A stretch of DNA of 64,000 bases from Podarcis filfolensis (taxonomy: Eukaryota), in assembly GCA_964270895.1 (NCBI GenBank), contig OZ185452.1; one strand, written 5' to 3'. Below are positions 37,860 to 52,200 of the stretch, one piece after another. The first letter of the stretch is position 1. Every line of letters starts with the position of its first letter. The notes below the pieces were generated by a model that did no database searches, had not been told where the DNA came from, and worked only from the letters and a program-made list of their open reading frames with translations. Position numbers and translations under genes: made by a program.

Positions 37860-38112
37860 AAGAAGAAGAAGAAGAGTTTGGACTTGATATCCCGCCTTTC
37901 ACTCCCCTTAAGGAGTCTCAAAGCGGCTAACATTCTCCTTTCCCTTCCTCCCCCACAACAAACACTTTGTGAGGTGAGTGGGGCTTAGAGACTTCAAGGA
38001 AGTGTGACTAGCCCAAGGTCACCCAGCAGCTGCATGTGGAGGAGCGGAGACGCAAACCCGGTTCACCAGATTACGAGTCCACTGCTCTTAACCACTACAC
38101 CACACTGGCTCT
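37860..38112 (-). mobile_element. MIR/Ther1-derived (Squam3-like) SINE, full length
   Basis: Minus-strand head gccagtgtggtgtagtggttaagag, core gtgaccttgggctagtcac, and (TTC)n tail. Confidence 0.8.
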
Positions 38113-40826
38113 CCTTTTATCCTTCCCCCTAAATTCACACAAGCAGGGACCCACACATTTACTTAGAATTTTGCTTCAGGTAGGAATCTTAGTCATAACA
38201 CAACTGACAAATAAGCTGCAATTTTAGAGAATTTAAGTGAGTACCAGTAATCATTTGAGATTTCAGGGCAATCTTTTAATATGTTGCATCAGCCAGTCTT
38301 GATGTTGTATTTTTAAAGGCTGCTAGCATTTTGCATATTTAAAGTCCAATATCAAGAGGAAAGATAATCTACTAAGATAGACAGCAAAACCAGATCTTAA
38401 TGTATTGTTCTTCCATGGACCGTAGCTTAAAAATCCAATTTGGAGTCCAGAAGTGGATAACTTTCTGATCAAGTGTGATAAGTCCATTAAATAATTGGTG
38501 ATAAGGAAAAAGTGACTAAAGAATCAACCTTTAACTTCAAAATAATGTTGAATTTTTCACCCCTGCCCCATAGGCTAAGATGCTAACAGTATTTTAATAC
38601 AGCATTCCAGTATCTTCATATATAGATCTGGTTAACCAAGCACAAAAGGATGTGGTATAATAAAGCATATGATGAATGCTGTATGGAGAAGGATAAAATA
38701 CACACAGCTGAGTGTGGGTTAAAAGTGTGTGCATTTGTTATGTATGAGGCATCCAATTAAATCCCAAGTGCTGCAGTACAGGGCATCTCCACGCCACAGA
38801 CTTTGGTTCAAAAGGCATGCCCTATTTCCCAAGGCCCTCTGGGAATTGTAGTTCTCTACAGTATGGTCTCTGAAGTAGAACGCTCTGCAGTATTTCAAAC
38901 TACAATTCCCATGATTCTTTAGAAGCAGTATGGCTGTTAGTTAAGAAATCAATTACATTTGTAACACAAATATTCCCCGAAATTTCAAGACAGGAGTGCT
39001 GAAAGACCTGTGTCTGAGATCTTGAGATTTGTCTGCAGCTATCCAGCTCTGGGAAACAAAACCAATATACTTGTGACGAAGAATGAGGAAATGTTAGGAA
39101 GCATTACAGAAAATTGTGAGGAAGAACAAAAACTGACAGCTGGGAGAATTGAGAGCACAGCGCTAGGAATTTCTTCTTGACAAATGTAATATAGTGCATA
39201 CATAGGGAGAATTAATGAAAGCTACTCATGCACACTGCTGAACTTTACAATTCACTATAACCGCTGAGGAAAAAGACCCGAGGTTAGTGCAGACAGCTCT
39301 CTGGAAGCATCTGCTCGGAAAACAGCCCGTCACAGAGCAAATAAAGCATTCGGCCTCTAAGGGTAATACTAGATTCCATGATGCCCTTGACCATGCCAGC
39401 ATAACTGGAGCCAGCTGAGTAGTACTTTATCCTAGGCCAGTCTTCACCAACCTAGTGCCCTCCAGATGCTTAGTTTTAAATAATCCAACATTTGCCCCTA
39501 CCCACCCCACCACCTCAGAAAACAGGATGAACAGGTGCAGGAACATCTTGCCACAAAACAAGCCCATGTCTTTTAGAAGGCAACTGCAGAAAATCAAGTG
39601 CTTAGGAATACTGACCACTATGAAAGATTTGGTGAAACCCAGTTTGGACATGCTTTTGCAAATTACCACCACAAATATGAGCAGATGGCAGGCCCTGCAG
39701 CCATCATTAGAGGGCTGGGTAAAATGAATGCACTTTTGCGCCCCATGTGTTTTATGAGATCTCTTAATTACCAACTGCTTATTTTTGCAGGCTCTTGAGA
39801 AGATTCCTATGGAGACTAAAAGCAGTGCACACCCTTTGCCAACTTATATTTGTCCATCCAGAAAGTTAATTTTATTTCCCTAACCTTCATTTCTATCATT
39901 CTGATCTACCCTCCTTTATTTATGTTAACCCTAAAGCAACATCATTAATATCCCCAAATGGGTTTATTTGAATCTATATTGGTGGATCCATTGGGGAGTG
40001 ACAATACACAAGCTTTGCATGCAAAAGGTTACAGGTTAAATCCCTGGCATCTCCAGGAAGGGCTGGAAAACTCTCTCGTCTGAAAATCATGAGAGATGCT
40101 GGCAGTGGTTACATGCAATACTGAGCTAGATGGACCAATGCTTTTATATCCCCTTTGAGTCCTTGGTATTTTGACCACCACATCCTGTACGTTTCTATAT
40201 ATGCCAACTCCATTGACTATGCAATGGCTTGGATCTTTCACCAACAATTCTACCCTGAAATCCGCTGAAAAGACCTTTGTACACAAATCATGGGATGAAT
40301 GCTGAGATTGACAACCTTGCTGGACACGTAGAAGTCCCCCTACTTTCATAAGCAGAAGGGCAGTGCTGTATTTTTAAGTGAGATATAAGTGGCCATGCTT
40401 ATAATGCAGCACCTTTGGGTTCAGGTACCCTCTCAGTCTCAGCCTGCTCTGCCATGGGTAACATTCAGCTACTCAAGGGACTAAAACATTTCCTCATTCC
40501 ACTGTTGCGTAAGTCACTTCGGAAGCCTTTTAGCTAAAGAGTGGGACAAAAATGGTTCAAATAAAAATCTTATATATTTGCTAATTATTTTAAACAAAGA
40601 GAGAGAAATATGTATGTATGAAGCACAGAGGGATTTTGAGATCCCTGGTAACAGGAAAAGGAGGAAAACTACCAGTTCTCTACAGTGGAAGTTTTGCTTC
40701 AAAGCAAGTAAATCACCACCATAAGACATGCTCTGTTTACTATAGCATAATGGTTTTCCTAAAGAGTCCCATATAACAATTCTATCTCGGATCCATATGA
40801 CTGGCTTTGCAGGATCTCTGAAGGTA

Positions 40827-41049
40827 CCGTATTTTTTGCTCTATAAGACTCACTTTTCCCCTCCTAAAAAGTAAGGGGAAATGTGTGTGCGTCTTATGGA
40901 GCAAATGCAGGCTGCGCAGCTTTCACTGTGCAGCGATCCCTCTTGCTGTTCTGGCTTCTGATATTCAGAATATTTTTTTTCTTGTTTTCCTCCTCCAAAA
41001 ACTAGGTGCGTCTTGTGGTCTGGTGCGTCTTACAGAGCGAAAAATACGG
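40827..41049. mobile_element. Tc2/pogo-like MITE
   Basis: TIRs CCGTATTTTTTGCTCTATAAGAC and GTCTTACAGAGCGAAAAATACGG; TA TSD. Confidence 0.85.
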
Positions 41050-44000
41050 TATATTCACTCTCTCACACACTTTGGCCCTGTTCAAATGTTGCCCCATTCT
41101 GAACATTAGAATCACGAACTCAAACCTTGCTGCCATTTAGCTATTTAGCTTATCCAGACCCATTTTGGGATACTTCTAGGAAAAAGTCAATGTGTACTGG
41201 CTTAGAACTGCTTTGCTAGCAGTCAAGAGCAATGTCCTCCCAAAATTTGCCTGAACACTATGGTTATACAAATTGTTACTAAACACTAGCAAACTTATTT
41301 ATAAAAGTTATGTTTGCTGTATTGTTAATATCTAGAAGGAGAAAGTGATTATACTGCAATTTTTTGAAGACTACAGAAACTTTCCAAGATTCATTTTGCA
41401 AAACTGAAGTGTTTCAACTCCCAGAAAGAGAGAGCAGAGATTCTCTGGACCAGTAAAAAGAAAATGACACAGTATGAGAGTGCATGGATTCCGCACATAC
41501 AGAGCATGCCCTGTGAGCATGGGAACAGGAAGCTCTGGATACACATCTTGCAGAAATGAATGAAGCAGTACCTTCTCTCCTATGTGTGGCACACTAAAGC
41601 CACACAGAGCTTTAGCAACTGGGAGGGATGTTTGGAACACAATTTTGTTCACAAATTGCAACTAAACACGCATGAGAATGCAACAGCTCTGCTGATCGAG
41701 GGCCAATATAGTCTGGCATCCTGTTGCCAACGGTGACCAGCCAGATACCTCCAGGAAGTCCACAAGCCCTCTCCCACTGTTTGACTGCAGCATCTTATCT
41801 TTAAAGATGTATTACTCTGTCCAGAGATATAACACCCAAATAGTGGAGCAACACAACTCAAGTATTTGCACTTGTATTAAGTCCAGAAAAGAATGAATAC
41901 AAGGTATGAAAAATGGGGTTTGCAAGAAATTGGAACAACTGGACAAATTTAGTTTGTTAGCAAGATTTGTCCTAAAATAAGAAGCTGCAAATACAAGATT
42001 TATGAGAGAAGAGGCAGGCAGCAGTGCTGCCTCCTTGAAAATTATAACCTTTGAACAGCCCAAATGCTTTCAAAGCATGTCTTCTAAAAATCATGGGGGC
42101 TAGAAACTTGGCTATTTTTTTTTAAGAAAACAAACCTGAGCACCACTAAAATCCAGATTCCATGATACATGATAAGCTCCAAAAGAAAGCGGCCTAATTT
42201 TGTATTTCCTTGCTATAAAACACAGCAGGTATGTGTCAAAACTGGAAGACAAAATAGGGGGTGGCTGCAGAAACTGAGTCGTTCCTATGCAGGAAGTAAC
42301 AGTAGCTATACTTGCATCACATTTATTTACCCTACAGCAAAGATACACATCATAAGCAATATCTCAGTCACTGCACAAGAGACTTACCTGTTCTCAGAGG
42401 GAGAATTCATTGAACAACCCCCCCAAAATTGTAAAGTAACACAGAAGTCCACATCATTCTCATTCTGCAGAAGAATGTAAAGCCCTCACTCCTGCCCAGC
42501 CATCTCTAAGTAATCGCTCTGCTTTACAAGATCTGAGTGGCACAAAGAGAACCAGCAAGGGGGAGGGAAAAAACCAGCCACCCCCATGCACTCCAAGCAT
42601 CTGCAACCACAAAGACTCATGCTTGCAATGAGATAACTCCAGATGCTAAAAATAACCAGCCGGCTGCAATTCCCACTGTATGTAGCTGGGCAGAAACACT
42701 TCATTTCCCCCAAGTATGCTTCCTCCTAAAACGCAACATTAAAAAGCCAAACTTAGGCCTTTGTGGCATGTTTGCCCTATGTGATAACCTCTCTTGTAAA
42801 ATGAGAATAAGCTGTGGAACTTTTGAAAGAGTAAACCTATGCCCAAATTGATCTTTAGATTTCATTTATCGGACTCTTTGATGTAAAAGAAATGACCAGA
42901 TTAGATTATGGACTTCTAAGTTAACCAGAAGGTTGGTGGTTTGAGTCCACCCATGGATGCCTGTGGGCAGGATTCCTGCATTGAAGGGGTTGGACTCAAT
43001 GATCCTTTGGGTCTCTTTCAACCCTACAATTCTAGGACTGCCTAGATGTCAGCTTCCCTCTTTGCACCTTTCAGTCATCACCATGGCTGAGCAAGGATTC
43101 AAACTCAGTCCTGTTTCAACACACAACACTTTAATCACTATACTGGGGAGACCCCAGAGGAAATCTGCAAGGGAGAGAATAAATGGGCAACAGCACCCCC
43201 AAACAAATGTGAATCACTCTGAATGACACATCCACAGCATTGGGAGGCTGTTGCCTTTGAGATGCTAAGGCATCAGAACAGCCTGATGCTTTTCTTTTTG
43301 CATGAAGGTCACATCCACATGATACATTTGAACCACATGGATTCCCCCAAAGAATCCTGGAAGCTGTGGTTTACCCCTCACAAACCTACCATTTCCAGAA
43401 CACTTAACAAACTACAGTACTCAGGATTCTTCGGGGAAAGCCATGTGTGTTAAATGTATGGAGTAGATGTGACCCATCTCCTGCCAGCGCACCAATCTTT
43501 GTCAACATATATGCAAAATAACTGGGGGGGGGGTGTATCTGATAAAATGAGCTCTCTGGCTACTACAAGTGAGAGTGCCTTTCACCAACACAACAATGGG
43601 GTCAAAAAGTATGATGGGGAATCTCATAGCAGGAAGTTTCCTAGTAGTGTGAGTGTGCTACCTGGGAAGCTTATTTTGGTAGGCAGGGGCATATAAAATT
43701 ATTTTTATAGCTCAGATTTGCTCATGCAGCTCTGAAGAACTGGGAACAAGAAACCAACTAGGTATAAGAGTAGTGAAGAAGGTAATGGGTATGCCTGTGT
43801 GAATGTTGAGAAAGGAGCACTTTTGAAATATACTTCATGGACACAAGGCCAAGGTTCAGTCTTTATTGCCATTTAGACAAGCCCTGGCAAAGAAACCATC
43901 TGCAGAGGTGGGAACAATTGGCTGGAAGTGCTTAGAGACTAGAGAAAGGGGGATTCATAAAGGACTGAGGAGGCCCTTATGCTATTGGAGTTTGCAGCAT

Positions 44001-44149
44001 CTTTGCAATCCATATTTCGCATGTTTGAAGGCTTATGTTTTTGTAATATTTTTTAGACCATCCACATCAATCCCTAGTATGCGAGAAGCAGAATTTGTAC
44101 CTTTTAGGAAGTACTGTATATATTTTCAGCTCTTAGATTATACAATCTA

Positions 44150-44280
44150 CATCTGCCTTCCCTAACCTGGTGCCTTCTAGACGTTGTTGGACTAAACCTC
44201 CCACCACTATTGATCGTGCAGGCTGGGGCTGATGGGAAGTTGTGGTCTACAACATCTGGAGGGCACTAGTTCCAGAGGCT
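44150..44280. mobile_element. URR1-like MITE, diverged
   Basis: gacgttgttggacta...ggggctgatggg...caacatctggagggc layout. Confidence 0.6.
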
Positions 44281-44859
44281 TAAAGATAAAAATGTCACTC
44301 CTCTGCACATTTACCAAAGTCTGTGTACAGAAAGAAACCACTTTACAAATGAATACACTTGAAACAGTCATTAGTCAACCTGTCCTGGAAGCAAGGCTTG
44401 AAAACAAAGTATGTCCCATCATGTGTTTCATAAAAAATTATTACAGAATCATAAATCACCAACTCGGTTAAAAATGTATCATGACAATTATTCAAATAAT
44501 CAAATAACTAAAACTTCAAAGAATAATAAAATCCAGAATTCTAGAAACAAGTACGGTAAGCAACACTGAATAAAACTGCAGCCTAAAGCTTTTTTCTAAA
44601 CCATCCTGCCTCGTCTTAATACACAAATGTAAGCTAGCTAGCTAGCAAAAAAAGTGTGCAGTATTTTGTGTACTTATCTGCAAAAGGGTAATTAATGCTG
44701 TGACCAAGTTGACCTAATATCTAAGCTTACGAGAACAAAGAAGAATGCTTTCAGTGTTTTATTGAATGGCCTTTGAAACAAACATTCAGAGTTCTCCTGC
44801 AGCTCCTATTCATTTCAATGCAGCTGTAGGTAAGATGCAGTAGATGCGGTAGATGCGAT

Positions 44860-45298
44860 TGTGCCGCATTATGGGTCAGTTTGAAAGCAACTACTCTATT
44901 CCCAACTTAAGAATGGAAAGCGAAATATCAGTGGACCAGAAAAGAGGTTTAAAGATGCTCACAAGGCAAATCTTTAAAAATGTAGTATTGGCACTGATAA
45001 CTGGGAAACACTGGCCTGCGAGTGCTCCAATTAGAGAATAGCATTTTCCAAAGGTGTCATGGACTTTGAAGAAGCACAAACTCAGGGTGAAAAGAAGAAA
45101 TTAGCTAAGAGGAAGGCACGTTTGGTAAACCCTCACCGTAATCAACGCCTACCTGGAAACCTATGTCCCCATTGTGGAAGGAACTGTGGATACAGAATTG
45201 GCCTCCACAATCACTAACGGATTCACTGTTAAGACCGTTTTCATGGAAGACAATCTTACTCGGCTATAAGTGATCGCCAAAGGAGGAGGAAAAGGAGG
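44860..45298 (+). mobile_element. RTE-clade LINE 3' fragment (same family as 60208)
   Basis: Encodes QLLYSQLKNGKR and CPHCGRNCGYRIGLHNH; similar to 60208-60529. Confidence 0.82.
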
Positions 45299-45604
45299 TA
45301 AAAACTTCCCAGTATATGTGATTGTGCAGCATTTCAGGGCAGTTCCGTGCATCCCCCACTCTGCTTCCCACCAAAAAACCCACTACCTAAGTAAACCACC
45401 TCAAATTGCCTGATAAATAAACAATCCATTCAGAACAGTTGGGAAATAAATTTTAGCCAAGAATACAGGGGAATCAACTACTTGCTTTTGGGGATCAAGG
45501 AACCTGCACATCAGATTGTTCATGCACCAATCAAAAACTTGACTCAGATCAGTCCAGCCTAGTACCATGTTCCTCTGATTGGAAGCTGTTTTCCAAGATT
45601 TAGA

Positions 45605-45741
45605 CAGGGATGGGAACCTGAGGTCCTTCAGAAGCTGCTGGACTACAATTCCCATCATTTCTGAACACTGACCATGCCTGCTGGGGCTGATGAGTATTAC
45701 AGTCCAACAACTTGGGGAGAGCCACAAATTCTTCATCTCTG
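45605..45741. mobile_element. URR1-like MITE
   Basis: cagggatgggaacc...ggactacaattcccatc...tagtccaac-type layout. Confidence 0.7.
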
Positions 45742-46503
45742 GCCTAAGAGATGTTTCCCCACCCTAAAATTACCCAAGGTAATTTTAATTGGAAGTGGTT
45801 TGATGCATACAAAACATGTCCTGTACCAGTGAGCCATGAAGCGGTGTTTTAGGAACAGCATAAAATTCAAAACTAACTTTCAGTACATTGCAATCACACC
45901 TTTGCCAAATGAGAGCCATCGTTCATCTCCACATAAGCAGATTAAACATGTCAGAAGTACAAATAAATGGAAAAATCTTCTCAGGCTGCTTCGTGCCAGT
46001 TTTGCTGCTCTCTGTCTGATAAACGGCAGCAAATAGTCTATTAAAGCTTTCTACTTAAACTCATTTAAGAATACAAGAAAATTTCTTTTTATATATAGTT
46101 TGTTAATGGTGCTTCTAGGCTGGCCCATAACCACAGTTCTCTGGATGTCATACATGAAATATATTTTCCTACGATATAAAATCAAAACACGACTCCACGT
46201 TGATTTTCTTTTGCAACAGAACCACACTCACTGGCCTACATTTCTGTATTTATTAAATTTCTATACTGCCCTTCATCTGAGGATCACAGGGCAGTTTACA
46301 ATACAAAACCACAAAGAATATAACATAGTAACAAACAACATCAATAACCCCCACCCACCCCCAGTATATATTTATTGTATTATGTACAAAGAGTGCATCA
46401 CGTCAGGATGATTCAGCACTGACTACACTACTATGACTCTATCTTGAAACACTGCAAAACTAACAGCAACACCCCCACATAAAACCACCATAGAGACAGA
46501 TAG

Positions 46504-46508
<5 letters not shown>

Positions 46509-46556
<48 letters not shown>
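46509..46556. repeat. (TA)24 microsatellite
   Basis: Read directly from the sequence. Confidence 0.97.
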
Positions 46557-46560
<4 letters not shown>

Positions 46561-46599
46561 CAATTTCTCCAATCATCTCAAGGCAGTGTACTTGGTTCT

Positions 46600-46735
46600 G
46601 CCCACTCCACTTTATACTCATAGTCCTACAAGGTAGGCTAGGCTGAGAGACAGTATTTGTCCCAAGGTCACACAGTATGTGACATGGTTGAGTGGAGATT
46701 TGAACCCGGGTCCCCTCAGTCCGAGTCCAGCACTT
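46600..46735 (-). mobile_element. Squam3/MIR-like SINE fragment
   Basis: gggttcaaatctccactcaaccatg...gtgaccttggg on the minus strand. Confidence 0.65.
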
Positions 46736-46769
46736 CGGCATGACAGCATGGTGTTTGCAGCTCTGCGAG

Positions 46770-47058
46770 ACCGTGGCAACACTAGAAAGCAGGTATGTGA
46801 ACCCTTAAGGTTAAACACATAAGGAAAATAGATCAGTGCGGCCTAGTGGTTCCACGATGTTCCAGTGCACTGTGGCACTCGTCACAGTGTCCCATTGCGC
46901 CAGAAGCTGTTTAGTCGTGCTGGCCACAAGACCTGGAAAGTTGTCTGTGGACAAACGCTGGCTACCTTGGCCTGAAAAGTGAGATGAGCACTGCACCCCA
47001 TAGTCACACTTGACTGGACTTAACTGTCCAGGGGTCCTTTATCTTTACCTTTTACCTT
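46770..47058 (+). mobile_element. Sauria SINE, 5'-truncated or diverged subfamily
   Basis: Body GTCGTGCTGGCCAC...GACAAACGC and ACCTTT tail; no clear TSD. Confidence 0.75.
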
Positions 47059-47234
47059 AGTGGTTACATGTTTAAAATTGCAGAAACCTAGGTTTAAATC
47101 TCCAGTCATGACCTTGGGCCAGTTGCTCTTTCCTAGCCTGACTTATCTCGAAGTGTTGCAGTGTAGGTATTGTTGCTGTTGTTGTTATCATCATCATCCA
47201 TTAATGTTGTTAGTCGCTTTATCTTGTCCAAAGC

Positions 47235-47365
47235 AACTTACAACCATCTTGTGCTGGAGGAGAAATATGCAGAGCATATACTCTTTGAAGGGAGGGTATA
47301 ATGAAAGGGACGACTTCTCCCTTTCCACTTTTGCCATACCATGAATAATTTTACACACCCCTACC
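47235..47365 (-). mobile_element. CR1 ORF2 C-terminal remnant
   Basis: Encodes VCKIIHGMAKVERE, resembling the CR1 VYKIMHGMEKVDRE. Confidence 0.55.
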
Positions 47366-49074
47366 ATGGCCATCTTCCTCACTTTCCCCCCTAAATTAAA
47401 GGGGGCCCTGAACTTACTAGTTGAACTGCTATAGACTTCCCTAAAGATTCATGGGAATTAAAGCTTAGGAAGGATGCTGAGAAATCTATTGAAGAGCCAT
47501 ATCCAGACCCCAGGCTGGTACTTGAACCAAAGCCCTTCCCAGTTAAAAGATCTGCAGCAGCTTTTCATGCAGATTGCTGTGATGAGTTCCTTTTAATGCA
47601 CTGGGTTTTTATTTATTCATAACTTTATTTATTCATAATTAGTCGGGAGTTGACAACCCAGTTTTCTGCTTCACACACCAGGCTGGGCCACTTGCTCACA
47701 AATAACTCACCTGCTGCTCTTTGTGGGTGTGGCTGAAGTTACCTTTCTATGGAAGATACCTTGAAGTACTAAGACCAGCTACTGCATCTAAAGATTCACT
47801 TCAAAACACACAGCATTGGAATCAGCCCTAAAGCGCAATCTGCAATAAACAATGTGTTTTCCAGCAGTAGTTAAAGGTATATTTTTTTCCTTTAGTGGTG
47901 CAAAATGTCCACCCACAAAAACCAATAGCAGAATGTTATGAGACGAGAAGGGATGAAAAGAAAGCATGGCCACTTCTTCCTGGAAAGAAAACTGGGTGGT
48001 ATGAACACACTCTAAAGGGCACAATATACAGCTGCAGGTTTTTTAATATTTTCTGGATTCTTTAAGCTAGAGAGCGTATCTTAAAACTAACAGGTTAAAA
48101 GGGAATTTGTACTAAGGTTGCCTTTTTCCACTTTGAAAGCATTCCATTATGGCTCTGCCAAAAGTGTTTTGTAAGCCCTTCTACATTAAATCTGACATTT
48201 CCCTACCACTACAAGTTGAGTAATGAATTCTTCATACACACAGTGTGAGCTCACCCTGCTAGAGAGACAAGCGCATGAACACTGCACCCCTGTGCAAACC
48301 AGGAAGGCAGCCCAATCCCAAGAGTCAGTGGTAGAGCTCCCACCCTGTCACAAACCCTTTACTAAATGTTTTAGTACCACAGTCATCCTTCTGCTAAGAA
48401 GCAATTTCAATAATAAAGAAGATTTTCACTTTGGTTACAAGAGAGCAACAAAACATCTTAAAAACAGATCTAATCCTTATGTGTAAGCACTTAAATATGC
48501 TCAGGCATGGAGCATAAGAATGATGAACATTAACAAGCATTTTGCCACTACTGTGTCTGAACTTGAGCCTCTTTGGGGTAATAAGGCAAGAGCAGGTCAA
48601 ACAATCATTCCTGACCCTATAAAAGCTTCTGGGTGAGGCTTGTTCCATGGGCTGATCTACAGGGGGACTCAGCTGCTGGGTTCTCTGGAATAAACTAGGA
48701 ACTTTAGCCTTGCCCTTGCCCCACACCCCCACTTGGCACTGACAAGCCTTTGCGAGTGACTTACTACTGACCAGATTCCCTCACCTCCTGTCTAACTTGA
48801 AGCCATGAGCTGCAGCAAGCCTCTGCCCAGCCAACCTCTCCAAATATAGATGTGGGGGTGCTTCATGTACATCTATGTCATTTTAGAATGGCAATGATGA
48901 ACAGCTTTTTGGTAAGGAGGAATAACTCCACTTTGTTTAAGAAGAAACTGAGCCAGGAGCTACTAAGCAGAAGACGACAAGTTTTGGGTCAGCCAGGGGT
49001 GGAGTAAGCAGGAGCAAAACATAGCCATGCTCCACCCACCTTCCCAATGACCCACTTCTGCATACACAGAGAGG

Positions 49075-49224
49075 AACTGGATAGCTCAGCTGGTAGAGCA
49101 CAAGACTCTTAATCTTAAGGTTGTGGGTTCAAGTTCCACATTGGGCAAAAGAATCCTGTATTGCAGGGGGTTGGACTAGATGACCCTTGTGATCCCTTCC
49201 AACTCTACAATTCTACGATTCTAT
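49075..49224 (+). mobile_element. tRNA-Lys(CTT)-derived SINE with a CR1-type 3' tail
   Basis: Head tagctcagctggtagagcacaagactcttaatc...gtgggttcaag, then ggactagatgaccc...ttccaactctacaattctacgattcta. Confidence 0.85.
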
Positions 49225-52200
49225 TACGTCTCAGGGAATATCACCTGACCTGGTGAATAGAAATGCACAACATCAATCACTGTGAATGGTAAAGAGTATG
49301 AGGGCTCTGGTTTGATCTTTTTAATCATGAGCTTAGAAGGCTGTTTTTTAAACTCATCCCTACTTAGATTTCAGTCATATGCAACCAGCCTCTTGGACAG
49401 AGACCACCAAAAAAAGGCATTTTAAAAGTCTATGACTGTTGACCCACAATGGCTGGCTTCCAACAATCATGGCTGATCACCCTGATCATACCATCAAGCA
49501 AGCAAAAGAATCTGGTGTCGTCAGTATATTGCGCATGAAGATTATTTCCTCTCTCCCTGCACCACAAGTGTGCACAGAGTCTTCCCTCAAAAGATGGGCA
49601 ATAAGGAGGTGGTAGAGAATAGCCTTTCATAATCATATTTTAATCCTAAAACTAAGATGAGACACTTATATGACAAGAGGTTTCTGCAATAAGATGAGAC
49701 ACTTATGACAAGATTCTGTAATACTGTTGAATATTTATGCAACCCTCTTGAAACTATTGCTCCAACTGTAGAATTGACAGTATACAACCCCCAAACTCAA
49801 AGAAGTAGCCGCATGGTAGGGAATCAGGAGATGAGGTGGAGGCCTGACTCTAAGCTTGGGAATATTACATCTTCCTCTCTTTTTAAAAACAGCAATTAGG
49901 AGTACAATGGTTAAAAGGAAAGTACACGAGGAGACACATGTAGTACGTAGTCTACCAAATTGCTCACAGTAAGAATTACAACTGTTCTTACCCTCCAGTG
50001 TTCTGAAAGCATTGGGCATTTTTGCAATTTGCATTTTCTAAAAGTTAATATTTTATTCAAATTTAAATAACACATATTGGACTACTAATGTGCATGTAAG
50101 TTTATCCTTTCTGGTAAATTAGGGCAAAAATTGCTTCCAATCAAAACAGTTCCGGCTATGGGCCTGACTCAACCAGCTCTTCACCAACCTCCCTCCATAG
50201 GTTCTCAAGCAGCCAACAGCTATTTGCCAGTCACATGACTTCCATTTCCCTTCCTCTTCTACTCTCCCATCACAAGTCACTACCAGTTACACAAGTTCAG
50301 ATACAGAAGCAACTAAAAGCCATCATGACCATCAGCTCACAGATGCTTCCTTCTTTAAAAAAAGAAGAAGGAAGAAACCTTTTACATTTCCTGAACTGAA
50401 GCACAGTCCTTATCACTTACATAACTGAAAAGGGAAAAACTAAAGAAACCACCTTCATGCTACCCAAATACTGTTCTGTAGCCACACACAGGAAGTGGTC
50501 TATACACATAAGAATTTTAAGGATTTTTATGTCATTCATGTAAACCTGTGCATAGCTTCTATCACTCTTCTTTCCCCATTATAGACAACTTCCTTCACAC
50601 ACACAAAAAGAGGCCTCTCAAGAAAGAAGGCATTAAAGTTAATTCAGCTCCAGTGTTCCAACACTAACCAATACCCTTCAGATTTCAATGCAATGGTAGC
50701 CACAGTTTTCAGTACTGAAACATACAATAGGGTCTTGGTGCACTTAAATGACACATGGACAATTCAGGATCTTTAGGAGCTATTCAGATATGCCTAGATT
50801 TGGAGAGAAGTTACTGAATTCTGCCAACACAATAAACATTGTTTAAATTAAAAATCTAGCATTTATATAGTACATTTCAGGATTTATAAGACACGTGCCA
50901 TCTTTCAAACTAAGAAGCACTTCAAGCCTACCGAAAGAAAATTAAAGTAAACACAATGATTAGAAAGTACCTAAAAACACTGAACATTAGTCCGCACACA
51001 CTCAAAACATCAGAACAGCAGCATAAAATTAATCCAGTTATAACCACAAATTCCTGGGAGAAAAGGAAACTGGTTAGCAATGGGATGCCTGCAAGTGGAA
51101 GGTGCATCTCAGGGTCAACAAATGAGAATCCCTTGCTGTGACATCCTCTGAGATCCTACCTTAGTAACAAAAAGCAAGGCTTCATTCAATGACATAAGAC
51201 AGGGTGGTCCAATGAGCAGTCTGAGGGAAGCCCTTTTTTCTGGCAGCCCTCAGCAACATTTGACACCCTCTCCCAGCCCCATACCCTGCCAGAGCCTCAC
51301 GCCACCTTCCTAAAGCCTGACACCTTGTTTAGCCAGCTTTGGGAGGGCAGCACAAGAGCTGAGGGTGGGGGCGTCAAATTTTGGCCTTGCTCCTCCTGCC
51401 CCCCGATGTGCAACACAGCAGTGTGCAGCCAACAGGTTCCATGTCAAAGTACCCTTGCGGCCCACTTTGTATGAAAAGTTGGGCCGTCATGACCTAAGAG
51501 CACAGGGAGGAACATATGTGCTAAAAAAAGGGCAGGTGTCTTGAAAGAACTGCTCAGATAAAGCAGGCAGTATTATCATTCCTATAGAGGGAGATGAGCC
51601 TGAAAGACAGGGTTTTCTTGTGGCCACCTAGTGACGAGCTCATGGGCAAGGTGAGAATAATTTGAGAAGAAAGAGACTTGGTAGTTCATACTCTCAGCTA
51701 CCACAATGAGCCAGCTTTTAGCTCTTTTTAAAGGAACAGGATACTTGGTGTTTGTAATCTAGGACTTGTTAGAAACTGTAAGCTGTTGCAGTTGCGAGCA
51801 TGCTGGAAAACTGTACCCTACTGTGCCAGATGAAATGTCTCTGTGCTTCTCATACGCTAGCTAAGAACAAATGATTATAAATCTATAGATGAAATGCTGG
51901 CTGTGCCGCTGCAATGAAGAAACGAAGTGATGCAAAGAGTAACTTCATGGGTACATCTACCTGCACGTTTTCTAATCAAGCTTTGACATAATCAACCATA
52001 CACATAACTGTAACTCAGCGCTTCTGCATTATCAGTAGACTACCCATTTAAAGACGCTACACTACTTAAGAGTTGCTGCAAAGTAGGCAGTCATTTCATA
52101 AATGGGGAAACATAGGAAAGTTCTTCCCAGTCACTGTTCTGCCTTTCGCAGCTCATTACGAGATCCTGCAACCCAGTCTAGTTTGGGCAAATTGCACCCA

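Noticed and set aside
39455-39798. Overlapping ORFs as a possible pseudogene remnant (also 31774-32265)
   Set aside because: No recognisable domain or splice structure.
46055-46168. Possible UTR exon
   Set aside because: The acceptor is plausible but there is no convincing donor.
49075-49147. tRNA-Lys(CTT) gene
   Set aside because: The acceptor stem is broken and the sequence runs straight into a CR1-type tail, so it is a SINE head.
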